From: Parachlamydiales bacterium
GTDB lineage: Bacteria; Chlamydiota; Chlamydiia; Chlamydiales; SM23-39
Direction: 5' to 3'
Assembly: GCA_015661075.1 (NCBI GenBank)
Contig: JACVQJ010000004.1
Span: forward strand, 32,194 to 96,193
DNA: 64,000 bases
Each line of letters starts with the position of its first letter. Position 1 is the stretch's first letter. The notes under the pieces were generated by a model. The model was not told the origin of the DNA. It worked only from the letters and a program-made list of their open reading frames with translations, and did not search any database. This document shows positions 51,041-60,808 of the stretch, piece after piece. A program made the translations under genes and the position numbers.

Positions 51041-52075
51041 CTAGGTGGTTGACAAAGCCAGCTGACCACAAGCGGCGGCGATATCGTCGCCCTTAGTATA
51101 GCGCCAGGTCGTGTTGATCCCCGCTTTTTCCAATATTTCGCGGAAACGCGCGACCTTCTCCTGGGATGGACGGTTCAGATCGATATTTTCGATGGGGTTA
51201 TAAGGGATCAGATTGACGGTACACTGCTTCATGCGCAGCAATGCGGCCAGCTCCTGCGCGCAGCCGGAATGATCGTTGATACCTTCAATCAGGGTGTATT
51301 CAAAGGTAATATCCCGTTTCGTGGCGATGGCATAATCATCCATGGCCATTAAAATCTCTTCGAGAGGATATTTTCGGGCATACGGAATGATTTTTTTGCG
51401 AATATTCTGATTGGGCGCATGTAACGAAAGCACCAGATTGATCTTGAGATCCTCTTTAGCCAGACGATGAATCGCCTCAACGACGCCGACAGTCGACACC
51501 GTGATGCGGCGCTGGGAAATGTGCAGAGAGTTCTCATCGTGCAAAATACGGATCGAACGGACAACCGCATCGTAATTTTCCAGCGGCTCGCCCATGCCCA
51601 TGTAGACCAGATGGCACACCCTCTCCCCTTTTTCCCGCAAAAACCGGTCGATATGCAGGGCCTGTTCGACAATCTCAGCTGTGGAAAGCGAGCGGATCAG
51701 CCCTTCTTTTCCCGAAGCGCAAAATGCGCAGCGAGCCGGACAGCCGACTTGCGAAGAAAGGCATACCGTGCGGCGATCAAACGACTCGATCAAAACCGAT
51801 TCGATTTTTTTACCATCAGCCAGCTCCCACAGAAACTTCATCGTCTCTTCCGCTTGCTGAGTTTGCACGAGTCGGATCGATGGAAATTGAAACACATCCG
51901 CCAGACGGCCCCGCATCTCCTTCGACAGATTGGTCATCGCATCGAATGAAACGGCGCCCTTTTGATAGACCCATTCAAAAATTTGCTTGGCGCGGAAGAC
52001 CGGCTCGCCAATATCCGACATCTTTTTTTTCAGATCATCTAGAGTCAGGGAGCATAGTGGGATCTTGTCAGACAT
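51041..52075 (-). CDS. rlmN: 23S rRNA/tRNA m2A methyltransferase RlmN
   Basis: CLSSQVGCPARCAFC radical SAM motif, MGMGEPL, AAACGQL. Confidence 0.96.
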   Translation of the reverse strand: MSDKIPLCSLTLDDLKKKMSDIGEPVFRAKQIFEWVYQKGAVSFDAMTNLSKEMRGRLADVFQFPSIRLVQTQQAEETMKFLWELADGKKIESVLIESFDRRTVCLSSQVGCPARCAFCASGKEGLIRSLSTAEIVEQALHIDRFLREKGERVCHLVYMGMGEPLENYDAVVRSIRILHDENSLHISQRRITVSTVGVVEAIHRLAKEDLKINLVLSLHAPNQNIRKKIIPYARKYPLEEILMAMDDYAIATKRDITFEYTLIEGINDHSGCAQELAALLRMKQCTVNLIPYNPIENIDLNRPSQEKVARFREILEKAGINTTWRYTKGDDIAAACGQLALSTT

Positions 52076-52190
52076 TTATTTCCTATTTCTTTGGGCAATG
52101 AGTATACCCTGTCCCCTGCCTTTTGGAAAGGATTGAAGTATATTTTCCCTGTAGCAATTTTTCTTGAGAGAGCGTTAAAATAGCTGCCAT

Positions 52191-53576
52191 ATGGCACCAT
52201 TACCGCAAGATTCGCTCAAACACATCGTCTCTCTCGCGAAACGACGGGGCTTTATCTATCCCGGCTCGGAAATCTACGGCGGATTTGCCAACACGTATTC
52301 TTTTGGCCCCTACGGCGCCGAGCTAAAGAAAAATATTAAAGATCTCTGGTGGAAGACGTTTGTCCATCGCCGGCGCGATATGGTCGGTCTGGACGGCCCC
52401 ATTTTGCTGCATCCCAAAGTCTGGCAGGCATCGGGGCATCTCGACAACTTCAACGATGCGATGATCGATTGCAAAGCGTGCAAGGCCCGGTTTCGCTGCG
52501 ATCATTTAATCGAGGCGGCCCTCAATCAAAGTGCCGACGCTATGTCGCTGCAGCAAATGACCGAAACCGTGCGAAACAACAAAGTGAAATGCCCCAAATG
52601 CGGCGCGCAGGACTTCACTGACGCCAGACATTTTAATCTGATGTTCTCGACTCACATGAGCAAGACGGGCCAGGAAGGCGACACGGCCTATTTGCGCCCG
52701 GAAACAGCGCAAGCCATCTTCATCGACTTTAAAAACATCATCGATACGATGCGCGTGAAGATCCCCTTCGGCGTCGCGCAAATCGGCAAGGCATTCCGCA
52801 ACGAGATCACGCCTGGTAATTTTATTTTCCGCGTCGTCGAATTCGATCAAATGGAAATCGAATATTTTATCCGCGCCAACACATGGGAAAAAACATTCGA
52901 GGACTGGCTCGCGTCCATGCACGCCTGGTGCAAACTCATTGGTCTCAAGACAGATCGAGTCCACGAAAAAGAGCATCCCCAGGAACTGCTCTCCCATTAC
53001 TCCAGGCGCACGGTCGATCTGGTCTATGATTTTCCTTTTGGAACGAGCGAACTCTATGGCCTCGCCTACCGCACCGATTTCGACCTGTCGCGCCACGCTG
53101 AATTTTCCGGCCAATTACTCACATACACCGATCCGGAAACCCGTGAAAAATTCACGCCTCACGTGATCGAGCCGACTTTCGGCGTCGAGCGCACAATTCT
53201 CGCTCTTCTTTGCGATGCGTATGAAGAAGAGCAGCTGGAAGGAGGGGAAATGCGCACCGTCCTCCATTTTTCCCCGCTCATCGCGCCGGTCAAGGTAGCT
53301 GTTTTCCCTCTCATGAAAAAAGAGCCGCTCGCCGATAAAGCGCGCATGGTATTCGACCTTTTGCATGAGCGCTGGAATTGCGAATACGACGAATCGGGCG
53401 CCATCGGCAAGCGCTATCGCCGCCAGGACGAGCTGGGTACTCCTTATTGCATCACGATCGATTTCGATACCCTCGAAAACGACACCGTCACTCTACGGGA
53501 TCGCGACTCCATGAAACAGGAGCGCATTTTAATTTCAAAGCTGATTGAAGAATTAAACGCGAAAATTAATAACTAA
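52191..53576 (+). CDS. glyQS: Glycyl-tRNA synthetase (alpha2 type)
   Basis: [40 protein letters not shown]. Confidence 0.96.
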   Translation: MAPLPQDSLKHIVSLAKRRGFIYPGSEIYGGFANTYSFGPYGAELKKNIKDLWWKTFVHRRRDMVGLDGPILLHPKVWQASGHLDNFNDAMIDCKACKARFRCDHLIEAALNQSADAMSLQQMTETVRNNKVKCPKCGAQDFTDARHFNLMFSTHMSKTGQEGDTAYLRPETAQAIFIDFKNIIDTMRVKIPFGVAQIGKAFRNEITPGNFIFRVVEFDQMEIEYFIRANTWEKTFEDWLASMHAWCKLIGLKTDRVHEKEHPQELLSHYSRRTVDLVYDFPFGTSELYGLAYRTDFDLSRHAEFSGQLLTYTDPETREKFTPHVIEPTFGVERTILALLCDAYEEEQLEGGEMRTVLHFSPLIAPVKVAVFPLMKKEPLADKARMVFDLLHERWNCEYDESGAIGKRYRRQDELGTPYCITIDFDTLENDTVTLRDRDSMKQERILISKLIEELNAKINN

Positions 53577-53606
53577 AAACATATTTATTACTTAACTTGT
53601 GTAATT

Positions 53607-54053
53607 ATGCCACAACCAATATCTAGCCATACTCCACCTCCTACTGAGCCTACTCAACCGATACCTTCGCAACAACCAACCTTTCCCGTATTCATCGATT
53701 TACAAATACAGACTATTAACCTGAGCCCCAAACAGGTGACAATATGCGCCAGCGAGGCGCAGCCAGATCGAAGCGATAGCGTTCTGAACGACGAGGACCA
53801 TAGCCAAAGGCTAGGCCGAGGAGGGAGGATGGATATGGCAACGCCGCAGCAAGCAGGTTGTCACCCGTTTGAGGCTCGGGTTAATATACTGTGCACGGGA
53901 AGGTTTGCAATACAAGCAGCCCGAGAAAACGGCCACCCAGACATTGAAGACCTACTGAGCCCAACAAATACGGATTCATGCGCAGTCATCACTCGCACTT
54001 GCGGAGTTGCGTTGGCTGTTTTTGGATTATATTTTTCTATTTTCGGCCTCTAA
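53607..54053 (+). CDS. Hypothetical protein with P/T-rich N-terminus, ankyrin-like patch and C-terminal hydrophobic segment
   Basis: AARENGHPDIEDLL resembles an ankyrin repeat helix. Confidence 0.45.
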   Translation: MPQPISSHTPPPTEPTQPIPSQQPTFPVFIDLQIQTINLSPKQVTICASEAQPDRSDSVLNDEDHSQRLGRGGRMDMATPQQAGCHPFEARVNILCTGRFAIQAARENGHPDIEDLLSPTNTDSCAVITRTCGVALAVFGLYFSIFGL

Positions 54054-55852
54054 TTGACATCCTCTTTTTTACTCAAAATGCCCGTTTCCTGGACGACCTG
54101 GGGCCGTGCCCGTTTGATCTCGTCGAACTTCTTCGCCAATTCAAGAACTTCCTCTTCACTACAATGGCCGCTATAGATCTTGAGTTTGATCTCCTCGCGC
54201 TGCTGCATCCAGTAGCGCTCGAGAATGCGCCGGACGGCTTCAATGAACCCATCGAGTGCCTTATCCCGATTGATTCTCTTTTGAAGGATTTCCGCTAAAA
54301 ACATCTGCTGCTCGGGATTTTCGAGATCAATCGCCAACGACAGCAAATCGCATGTCTGGTTTTCTTTGGCCGCCTTCAATGCCTTTTCATACAGCGTGCG
54401 CGCGGACGACAGCCGGAAATGCTCCGGCTTGAGGTTGAGCTCGGCGATGCGGATGATCGGCGCCGAAACAGTGCCGATGAGCAGCCAGCGCAGCAGGTCG
54501 GCTTCCAGAATGCGGTCGGGATCGATCTCCGTCGTCCCCAGAGTGGCCGAGCGCTTGAAATAAATCTGCGGCGCGTTTTCTTCCGCTCCGCCCACCATCG
54601 ATTCAGGCGTCTGCGTTAAACGGGCCAATTTGCGCAAACTCTCATGCACCATCAGCGGATGGTCCCAATCGCGAATGCGCTTGGCAATCATTTGAACCAG
54701 CTCGTTCTTGCCGGCGGGCGTCTGGATATTGATCGTACGGGAAAAATGGTTCACCAAAAAGGGCAGATATTCAACGCTGTCGTCGATCCGTTTTTGCCAG
54801 TCCTGCGGTCCTTTTTCTTGCAAAATCAGATCGGGATCGCATTTTTCCGGCAGCGAAACGACCCAGACTTCAATGCCTTCTTTCTGAAACAGATGGCCGA
54901 TCTTCACGGCCGCTTCCTGCCCCGCGGTATCTCCATCGAGGGCCAGATACGCCTGGCGAATGCCCAGATGGATCAACTCTTTGGCCTGATCTTCGCCAAA
55001 CGCCGTCCCCTGCCCGGCCACGGTCCAGTTGAATCCATTGTAGATGAGACGCATGGCGTCGATCTGCCCTTCGACGATCAGCACACGGCGATCCTTGGCG
55101 ATTCTTTTCCGGGAATAGCTCAGCCCGAAGAGAATTTTTGATTTTTTAAACAGCGGCGTTTCGGCCGTGTTGATATATTTCGGGCCAAACGTATCCGGCT
55201 TGAACTTTCGCGCGGTAAATCCAATGACACTGCCAGCCGGATCCAAAATCGGGATCATAATCCGATCCGAGAAAAAGACCCGTCCCGACTGGCTGAACAG
55301 GCCCGCTTCTTTCATCAGCGGATCTGATATTTTTTGCGAGCGCATCGCCTCCAAAAACAGGCGGTCGGCTTTCGGAGCGAGGCCGATCTGAAACATGCGG
55401 ATGAACTCGAGATCAATGCCGCGGCTATAGAGATATTCCAGGGCCGCATGTCCTTCCTGGGTATGCAACAGGCAAAACTGAAAAAAACGGCTGGCCTTAT
55501 CCAGAGTATCTTTTAACAGCGCCTTGGACGGCCCCTTGGGCTGTTCGGGTCCTTGCGCTTCTTCCAAGAGGACATTGAAGCGCTCGGCCAGCATTTCGAC
55601 GGCCTCGACAAAACTGAGCCGCAGATGAGCCATCAAAAACTGGATGGCGTCGCCATGAGCCCCGCAGCCGAAGCAATGGTAATGGCTGTCTCCCTTTTGA
55701 ACGACGAACGACGGCGATTTTTCCTCATGAAACGGACACAGCGCTTTATGCGAGGCTCCCGTGCGCTGCAATTTGACATACGGGCCCAGCACCTCGACGA
55801 GGTCGATGCGCGATCGCAATAGCTCCAGACTTTCTCGTGAAAATGTGCCCAT
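54050..55852 (-). CDS. dnaG: DNA primase
   Basis: CHC2 Zn finger CPFHEEKSPSF...CFGC, KYINTAET, Toprim VEGQID. Confidence 0.96.
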   Translation of the reverse strand: MGTFSRESLELLRSRIDLVEVLGPYVKLQRTGASHKALCPFHEEKSPSFVVQKGDSHYHCFGCGAHGDAIQFLMAHLRLSFVEAVEMLAERFNVLLEEAQGPEQPKGPSKALLKDTLDKASRFFQFCLLHTQEGHAALEYLYSRGIDLEFIRMFQIGLAPKADRLFLEAMRSQKISDPLMKEAGLFSQSGRVFFSDRIMIPILDPAGSVIGFTARKFKPDTFGPKYINTAETPLFKKSKILFGLSYSRKRIAKDRRVLIVEGQIDAMRLIYNGFNWTVAGQGTAFGEDQAKELIHLGIRQAYLALDGDTAGQEAAVKIGHLFQKEGIEVWVVSLPEKCDPDLILQEKGPQDWQKRIDDSVEYLPFLVNHFSRTINIQTPAGKNELVQMIAKRIRDWDHPLMVHESLRKLARLTQTPESMVGGAEENAPQIYFKRSATLGTTEIDPDRILEADLLRWLLIGTVSAPIIRIAELNLKPEHFRLSSARTLYEKALKAAKENQTCDLLSLAIDLENPEQQMFLAEILQKRINRDKALDGFIEAVRRILERYWMQQREEIKLKIYSGHCSEEEVLELAKKFDEIKRARPQVVQETGILSKKEDVN

Positions 55853-55854
55853 AA

Positions 55855-56688
55855 TTACACATGCTCGTGAATGTACGATCCCTTGGAATAGGTCAGCCGC
55901 AGCCATCCGCGATTTTTCATCGCTGAAAACGCCCGTTTTTCAAAGACGTCGCCGCGCGGAAAATGGCCGGCGTCAGCCCGGATCTCGCGATAGATCGGCG
56001 CGCAAAAATCAGCGCGCTTCACCAAAAACAGCTGATCGGAAAATCCCTGGCCCGCAACATAAAATCCCTTTTTGCGCCCCAACGATTCGCGCCGCGCCTC
56101 TTCATATTTGTGATTCCAGGTCAGATTGGCGACTTTGTAGCGCGAATCTTTTTCCATGAGAAAAAGCGCCTGATCAATCCATTCGATTGGCTCGTCGAGG
56201 CGCACATCGCCCGTCAGATATAGCAGATAGTCGCTCTGTGCCAGATAAATCGCCGCCAAGGGGCCGATCGCGTTGTAATAGATCCAATCGGCATTGACGT
56301 TGTGATACAAATATGCATCCCGACCGGGGCGAAAATCTTCCCGCTTCAGCTGAAAAAAAATGAGCACGTCATGGGCGATTTTCTCGGCCACCACAAAACG
56401 GGTCAACACTCCCTCATCCACCTTCTTTTGTGCAGCATGGCAAACGGCGGGCAGATCATTGACGTTGTTGATGATGAGAATTTTTTCTTTGAAGGGAAAG
56501 AGATGGTTGGCGATCTGGCGCTGGGCGAGATAGTGGGGATCGAGAAGAATCTGCTGCCAGTCTCTTTCCCAGCAGTTGGTGGCGAAGGATACGCTCGGCA
56601 CTGGACTTTTCTTGAACCAGAACATCTTTACAAAACCCGTATGGATGTGGACAATTGCAATCCTAACATACATTTTGAGCGATAGCAA
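55855..56688 (-). CDS. Hypothetical protein (possibly glycosyltransferase-like)
   Basis: About 270-aa ORF between mutS and dnaG; YLLYLTGD resembles a GT-A strand. Confidence 0.55.
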   Translation of the reverse strand: MLSLKMYVRIAIVHIHTGFVKMFWFKKSPVPSVSFATNCWERDWQQILLDPHYLAQRQIANHLFPFKEKILIINNVNDLPAVCHAAQKKVDEGVLTRFVVAEKIAHDVLIFFQLKREDFRPGRDAYLYHNVNADWIYYNAIGPLAAIYLAQSDYLLYLTGDVRLDEPIEWIDQALFLMEKDSRYKVANLTWNHKYEEARRESLGRKKGFYVAGQGFSDQLFLVKRADFCAPIYREIRADAGHFPRGDVFEKRAFSAMKNRGWLRLTYSKGSYIHEHV

Positions 56689-59282
56689 TGACGTCCCCGA
56701 CTCCCATGATGGCCCAATGGCAAACCTGCAAAACGCAAGCGAAAGACGCTCTGCTCTTTTTCCGCTTGGGCGATTTCTACGAAGCGTTTCACGACGACGC
56801 GAAACTCATCGCGAAAGAGCTCAGCCTGACTCTGACGCAGCGCCAGAACGTGCCGATGTGCGGGGTGCCCTATCATGCCGCTGAACAATACGTCGACAAG
56901 CTGATCGCCCGCGGCTACAAGGTCGCGATCGCCGAGCAGACGGAAGATCCCCAATCGGTCAAGGGCCTGGTGAAAAGAGAGATCTCCCGCATCTCGACGC
57001 CGGGTACGATCGTCAATTCGCAGCTGCTCAATGAAAAAAAGAACAACTTCATTGCATCCGTCTCCCAGCTGGGCTCGATTTTCGGCCTGGCCGTCCTCGA
57101 TCTGACGACCGGAGAGTTCCGCGCGCAGGAATTGGAACTAGAGCAGGAACTCGTCGATGAGCTGCACCGCCTACGACCATCGGAATTCATCGCGGCGCGC
57201 AAATTCAAAGAAGAGCGAGCGCAATTTTTCCAGGATCTTTCTTTTGCTTTTTCTTTTCTGCTCAATGAGCGCGACGCGGGGCAATTTGACCCTCAAAGCG
57301 CCTTAACCGCCCTGCTCACCCATTTTCAAGTGGCTACGCTCGATGGTTTCGGCCTGAAGGGGCAAAGCGCCGCCATCACAGCGGCCGGGGCCTTGATCAC
57401 CTATCTGAAGGATGATCTGTCGCTGCGCCTCCACCAGGTGACCTCCATCCAGAATGAAGCGCTCTCCCACTATATGGCGCTCGATCGCTCCACCGTGCGC
57501 AATCTGGAGCTCACCGAATCTCTCAGCGACGCCACGTCGGCCAGCACCCTGCTCGCGATCCTGGATCGGACGGCGACGCCCATGGGCGCCCGCCTGCTGC
57601 GGCAATGGATCCAGTATCCCCTGCTCAGCGCGAGCGCCATTGCGGCGCGCCAGGATGCGATCGCTGACTTCCTCGCCCATCTCGACAGCGCCCGGCGGCT
57701 CCACCAGCATCTCGAGCGCGTACGCGATCTCGAGCGCCTGATCGCCAAGATCGCAGCGAAATGCGCCTCGCCGCGCGATCTCTGGACGCTGGGCCTCTCC
57801 CTGGCATCGCTCCCTTTGATCCGGCAGGAATTGCTCGCTCTCCCGTGCCATTGCATCCAAAGCGATCTGGCGAATTTACGCGATGTTTCAGCCGTTGCCC
57901 ATGAGATCCAATCGTCTCTCCGTGAAAATCCCCCCTTGCGCATGTCTGATGGAGACCTCTTTCGCGAAGGCGTTCATCCCGAGTTGGACCGCTTGCGCGG
58001 CCTCAGCCAAGATAGTATGGACTGGATCGCCCGCTATCAAACGGAGCTGCGCGAAAAAACCGGCATCCGCACACTGAAAGTGGGTTACACAAAAGCATTT
58101 GGCTATTACATCGAAGTGAGCCGCGCGAAGGGCGAAGGTATTCCCGAAGGCTTTCAACGAAGCCAGACTCTCGTCAATGCCGAGCGCTACGTGACCGAGG
58201 AGCTCAAGCACTATGAGCACAAGGTGCTCTCCTCCGATGAAAGGGCCAAAGCCCTCGAAGCGGAGCTTTTTGAAGCGCTCCGATCCAAAATTGCGCTGGA
58301 AAGCGACACGATCCAGGGGATCGCCAAAGCCCTCGCCCGGATCGACGCCCTGCTCTCGCTATCCCTGGCTGCCCGCGATCATCGCTTCAATCGGCCCGTC
58401 GTCGATGACAGCGATGTCATGGAGATCCAGAATGGCCGCCATCCCGTGATTGAGAGCGCCATCGGCTCGTCCCACTTTATTCCCAATGACACCCATCTCG
58501 GGCCGCACCGCCAGATGCTGCTGTTGACCGGCCCCAACATGGCGGGCAAATCGACCTATATCCGGCAAGTCGCGCTCATTGCCATCATGGCGCAAATCGG
58601 CTCCTACGTCCCCGCCGAATCGGCCCGCATCGGCGTGATCGACAAGGTGTTTTCGCGCATCGGCGCGAGCGACGATCTGGCCCGCGGCCAGTCGACATTC
58701 ATGGTGGAGATGAGCGAGACGGCCAACATCCTCCATAATGCGACCTCGCGCTCGCTCATCATCCTCGATGAGATCGGCCGGGGAACGAGCACCTACGACG
58801 GCATCTCGATCGCCTGGTCCGTCGCGGAATTTTTGCTTACGGCTGCCAACAAAAAAGCGAAGACCCTGTTTGCGACGCACTACTGGGAATTAACTCGGTT
58901 GGAGAAGGAACATAAAGCAGCGGTGAACATGCATGTCGCCGTCCAGGAAACGGACAGCGGGATTGTCTTTTTGCGCAAGATCGTGCCCGGCGGCACGGAC
59001 CGCAGCTACGGCATCCATGTCGCCAAGCTGGCCGGATTGCCCTTTGCGGTCATCCGCCGAGCAGAAGAGATGCTGGTCATGCTGGAACAGATGCGGCCGG
59101 CAAAAGAAAGCGTTCCGGTTCCCAAAAAGAAGCGGATCGAAGAGCAGATGCCGCTTTTTGAATCGATGATCATCGAAGAGCTGCGCCGCATCAATCCCAA
59201 TCAATTGACGCCTATGCAGGCCCTGCAGATCATCGCGGATCTGCAAGCGCGCGCGCTATCGCTAAAAGGAAAAACGGCTTAG
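56688..59282 (+). CDS. mutS: DNA mismatch repair protein MutS
   Basis: FRLGDFYE, TGPNMAGKST, STFMVEM, DEIGRGTST, SYGIHVA. Confidence 0.97.
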   Translation: MTSPTPMMAQWQTCKTQAKDALLFFRLGDFYEAFHDDAKLIAKELSLTLTQRQNVPMCGVPYHAAEQYVDKLIARGYKVAIAEQTEDPQSVKGLVKREISRISTPGTIVNSQLLNEKKNNFIASVSQLGSIFGLAVLDLTTGEFRAQELELEQELVDELHRLRPSEFIAARKFKEERAQFFQDLSFAFSFLLNERDAGQFDPQSALTALLTHFQVATLDGFGLKGQSAAITAAGALITYLKDDLSLRLHQVTSIQNEALSHYMALDRSTVRNLELTESLSDATSASTLLAILDRTATPMGARLLRQWIQYPLLSASAIAARQDAIADFLAHLDSARRLHQHLERVRDLERLIAKIAAKCASPRDLWTLGLSLASLPLIRQELLALPCHCIQSDLANLRDVSAVAHEIQSSLRENPPLRMSDGDLFREGVHPELDRLRGLSQDSMDWIARYQTELREKTGIRTLKVGYTKAFGYYIEVSRAKGEGIPEGFQRSQTLVNAERYVTEELKHYEHKVLSSDERAKALEAELFEALRSKIALESDTIQGIAKALARIDALLSLSLAARDHRFNRPVVDDSDVMEIQNGRHPVIESAIGSSHFIPNDTHLGPHRQMLLLTGPNMAGKSTYIRQVALIAIMAQIGSYVPAESARIGVIDKVFSRIGASDDLARGQSTFMVEMSETANILHNATSRSLIILDEIGRGTSTYDGISIAWSVAEFLLTAANKKAKTLFATHYWELTRLEKEHKAAVNMHVAVQETDSGIVFLRKIVPGGTDRSYGIHVAKLAGLPFAVIRRAEEMLVMLEQMRPAKESVPVPKKKRIEEQMPLFESMIIEELRRINPNQLTPMQALQIIADLQARALSLKGKTA

Positions 59283-59284
59283 AG

Positions 59285-60289
59285 TTAAAAGGCCTCAACC
59301 TCATCCACTGCCCCAGATCGCCCTTCAATTATTTCAAGTTTCCTCGACGATCGCATAACCATATCGAGCAATTGCCGGCTCATTACATCAGCTTGTGCAG
59401 AAGTCAAAGAATCGCCATCTAGTCCACTACCCATCATTACCCCCGCTTTGTGTAATATATACCAGGCAACAAAGCGCGAGCATCTCCAGGCATCGAACTG
59501 CATTTTTTTAAATTTATCATTAAACGTATAATCTTCTAACTTCAGTTTTTTCATGAAGTCATTCAGAGTTAAACCACTATCTCCTAGAATGCGCTTTTTC
59601 CCGTCTTCTTTTAAGGTCCGGCCCTGCGAATCAAAAAAATGAACTGTTTTTGTGTCTTTATCAATAAAAATACAAACAACATGATCTCGAAACGCGCCTT
59701 GCAACACGATGGGAATGAAGATTTTTTTTGTTTCGCTATTCTGAAGCTGAGCCAGCTTTGTTGTTTCTGATGCGTTATTTACAGATCCAGTATAATCTGC
59801 GATCATGGATACGCCCTTCGATGCGAAAATCTTCGAGTCTTCTTTGACACTCTCATCTGCCAAAAATTTCATAAGCCCAAACCCGCACAACTTATGCTCA
59901 TTGAGTTCACACATCAACGGATAATTCGCATTAGTTGCGAATTCCCCTGCCAGTTTCTCTGGCGGGTAGATAAAATTTGGCGAGAAATACTTGGCACCCA
60001 GCGCGACAATACCAGTAATTGTGGGGGCCAATGTTGCTAACAAAATCGGTGAGATAACGTGTGCGCTCATTCCAATCGAGGCGCCTATTTTTCCCGCAAT
60101 AATGGCTCCGTAAATGGCAAGGGGTGCACCGGGAAAGAATAGGAGGCCAGCAGCCACTAATGAAATGACGGCAACAGCGCTGACCACTGCTAATGGCACC
60201 CTGCGTTGCTTCCCAAAACCTCCCTTTGTAGCCGGAGAGCTTTGAGCCGATTCATCTACCTTTCCTGGTGTAGCAATTGGTGCAGGCAT
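59285..60289 (-). CDS. Membrane-anchored putative CE-clan (Ulp1/ChlaDUB-like) cysteine protease
   Basis: N-terminal bilobed hydrophobic region; DHVVCIFID...FFDSQG...QFDAWRC gives H-D-Q-C order. Confidence 0.65.
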   Translation of the reverse strand: MPAPIATPGKVDESAQSSPATKGGFGKQRRVPLAVVSAVAVISLVAAGLLFFPGAPLAIYGAIIAGKIGASIGMSAHVISPILLATLAPTITGIVALGAKYFSPNFIYPPEKLAGEFATNANYPLMCELNEHKLCGFGLMKFLADESVKEDSKIFASKGVSMIADYTGSVNNASETTKLAQLQNSETKKIFIPIVLQGAFRDHVVCIFIDKDTKTVHFFDSQGRTLKEDGKKRILGDSGLTLNDFMKKLKLEDYTFNDKFKKMQFDAWRCSRFVAWYILHKAGVMMGSGLDGDSLTSAQADVMSRQLLDMVMRSSRKLEIIEGRSGAVDEVEAF

Positions 60290-60449
60290 AATTATAACCT
60301 CACGTTTAATTATTACTTACTATTATACCAAAACACAAGATGTTAGTCAATTCATAGCTATTAATTTAAATAATGTCAATACGATAATGCTAAAGCACTA
60401 CGTACCGCTTCCCAAACGTATTAAGAATACTTAATCTATATGTGGATTT

Positions 60450-60624
60450 TAAGGGATCGTTCAAAAATAACTTTTAGCGTTCTCGAGGGAAAAATCGATT
60501 TATCTATTGAGAATTTTTCCTTGCAGAGAGAAACAAGACTCTCAGCCAGCTGCGGAAAAATTCTCAAAATCTAAACCGTTTTTCTCCTCGACAACACTAA
60601 ACTTTATTCTTGAACGATCCCTAA
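60450..60624. mobile_element. 169-bp MITE with TAA target duplication
   Basis: TAA-GGGATCGTTCAAAAATAA ... TTATTCTTGAACGATCCC-TAA; internal inverted repeats. Confidence 0.75.
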
Positions 60625-60659
60625 GCTAATTGTGTTCATTATTCACTGCAACTGATATT

Positions 60660-60751
60660 TGATCCCCAAATCGACATAATGCTGATTTCGGGATCGATAT
60701 TTTAGTCGTTTTTTTCATCCCGAAATCGACATAACGCTTATTTCGGGATCG
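60660..60751. promoter_or_regulatory. Tandem palindromic putative operators upstream of ATPase B
   Basis: GATCCCCAAATC-N11-GATTTCGGGATC at 60661 and CATCCCGAAATC-N11-TATTTCGGGATC at 60716. Confidence 0.65.
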
Positions 60752-60808
60752 ATTTTATTCACACGACCTGCGATAATCGAGACAATTTAACTGGATGAGA
60801 AAATAGCA

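Noticed and set aside
59285..60289. Second VR in other accessory genes of the window
   Set aside because: No other TR-like segment (GTTGTTGGGGGCTTCGCCCC...) was noticed by eye; a computational scan of the whole genome is still needed.
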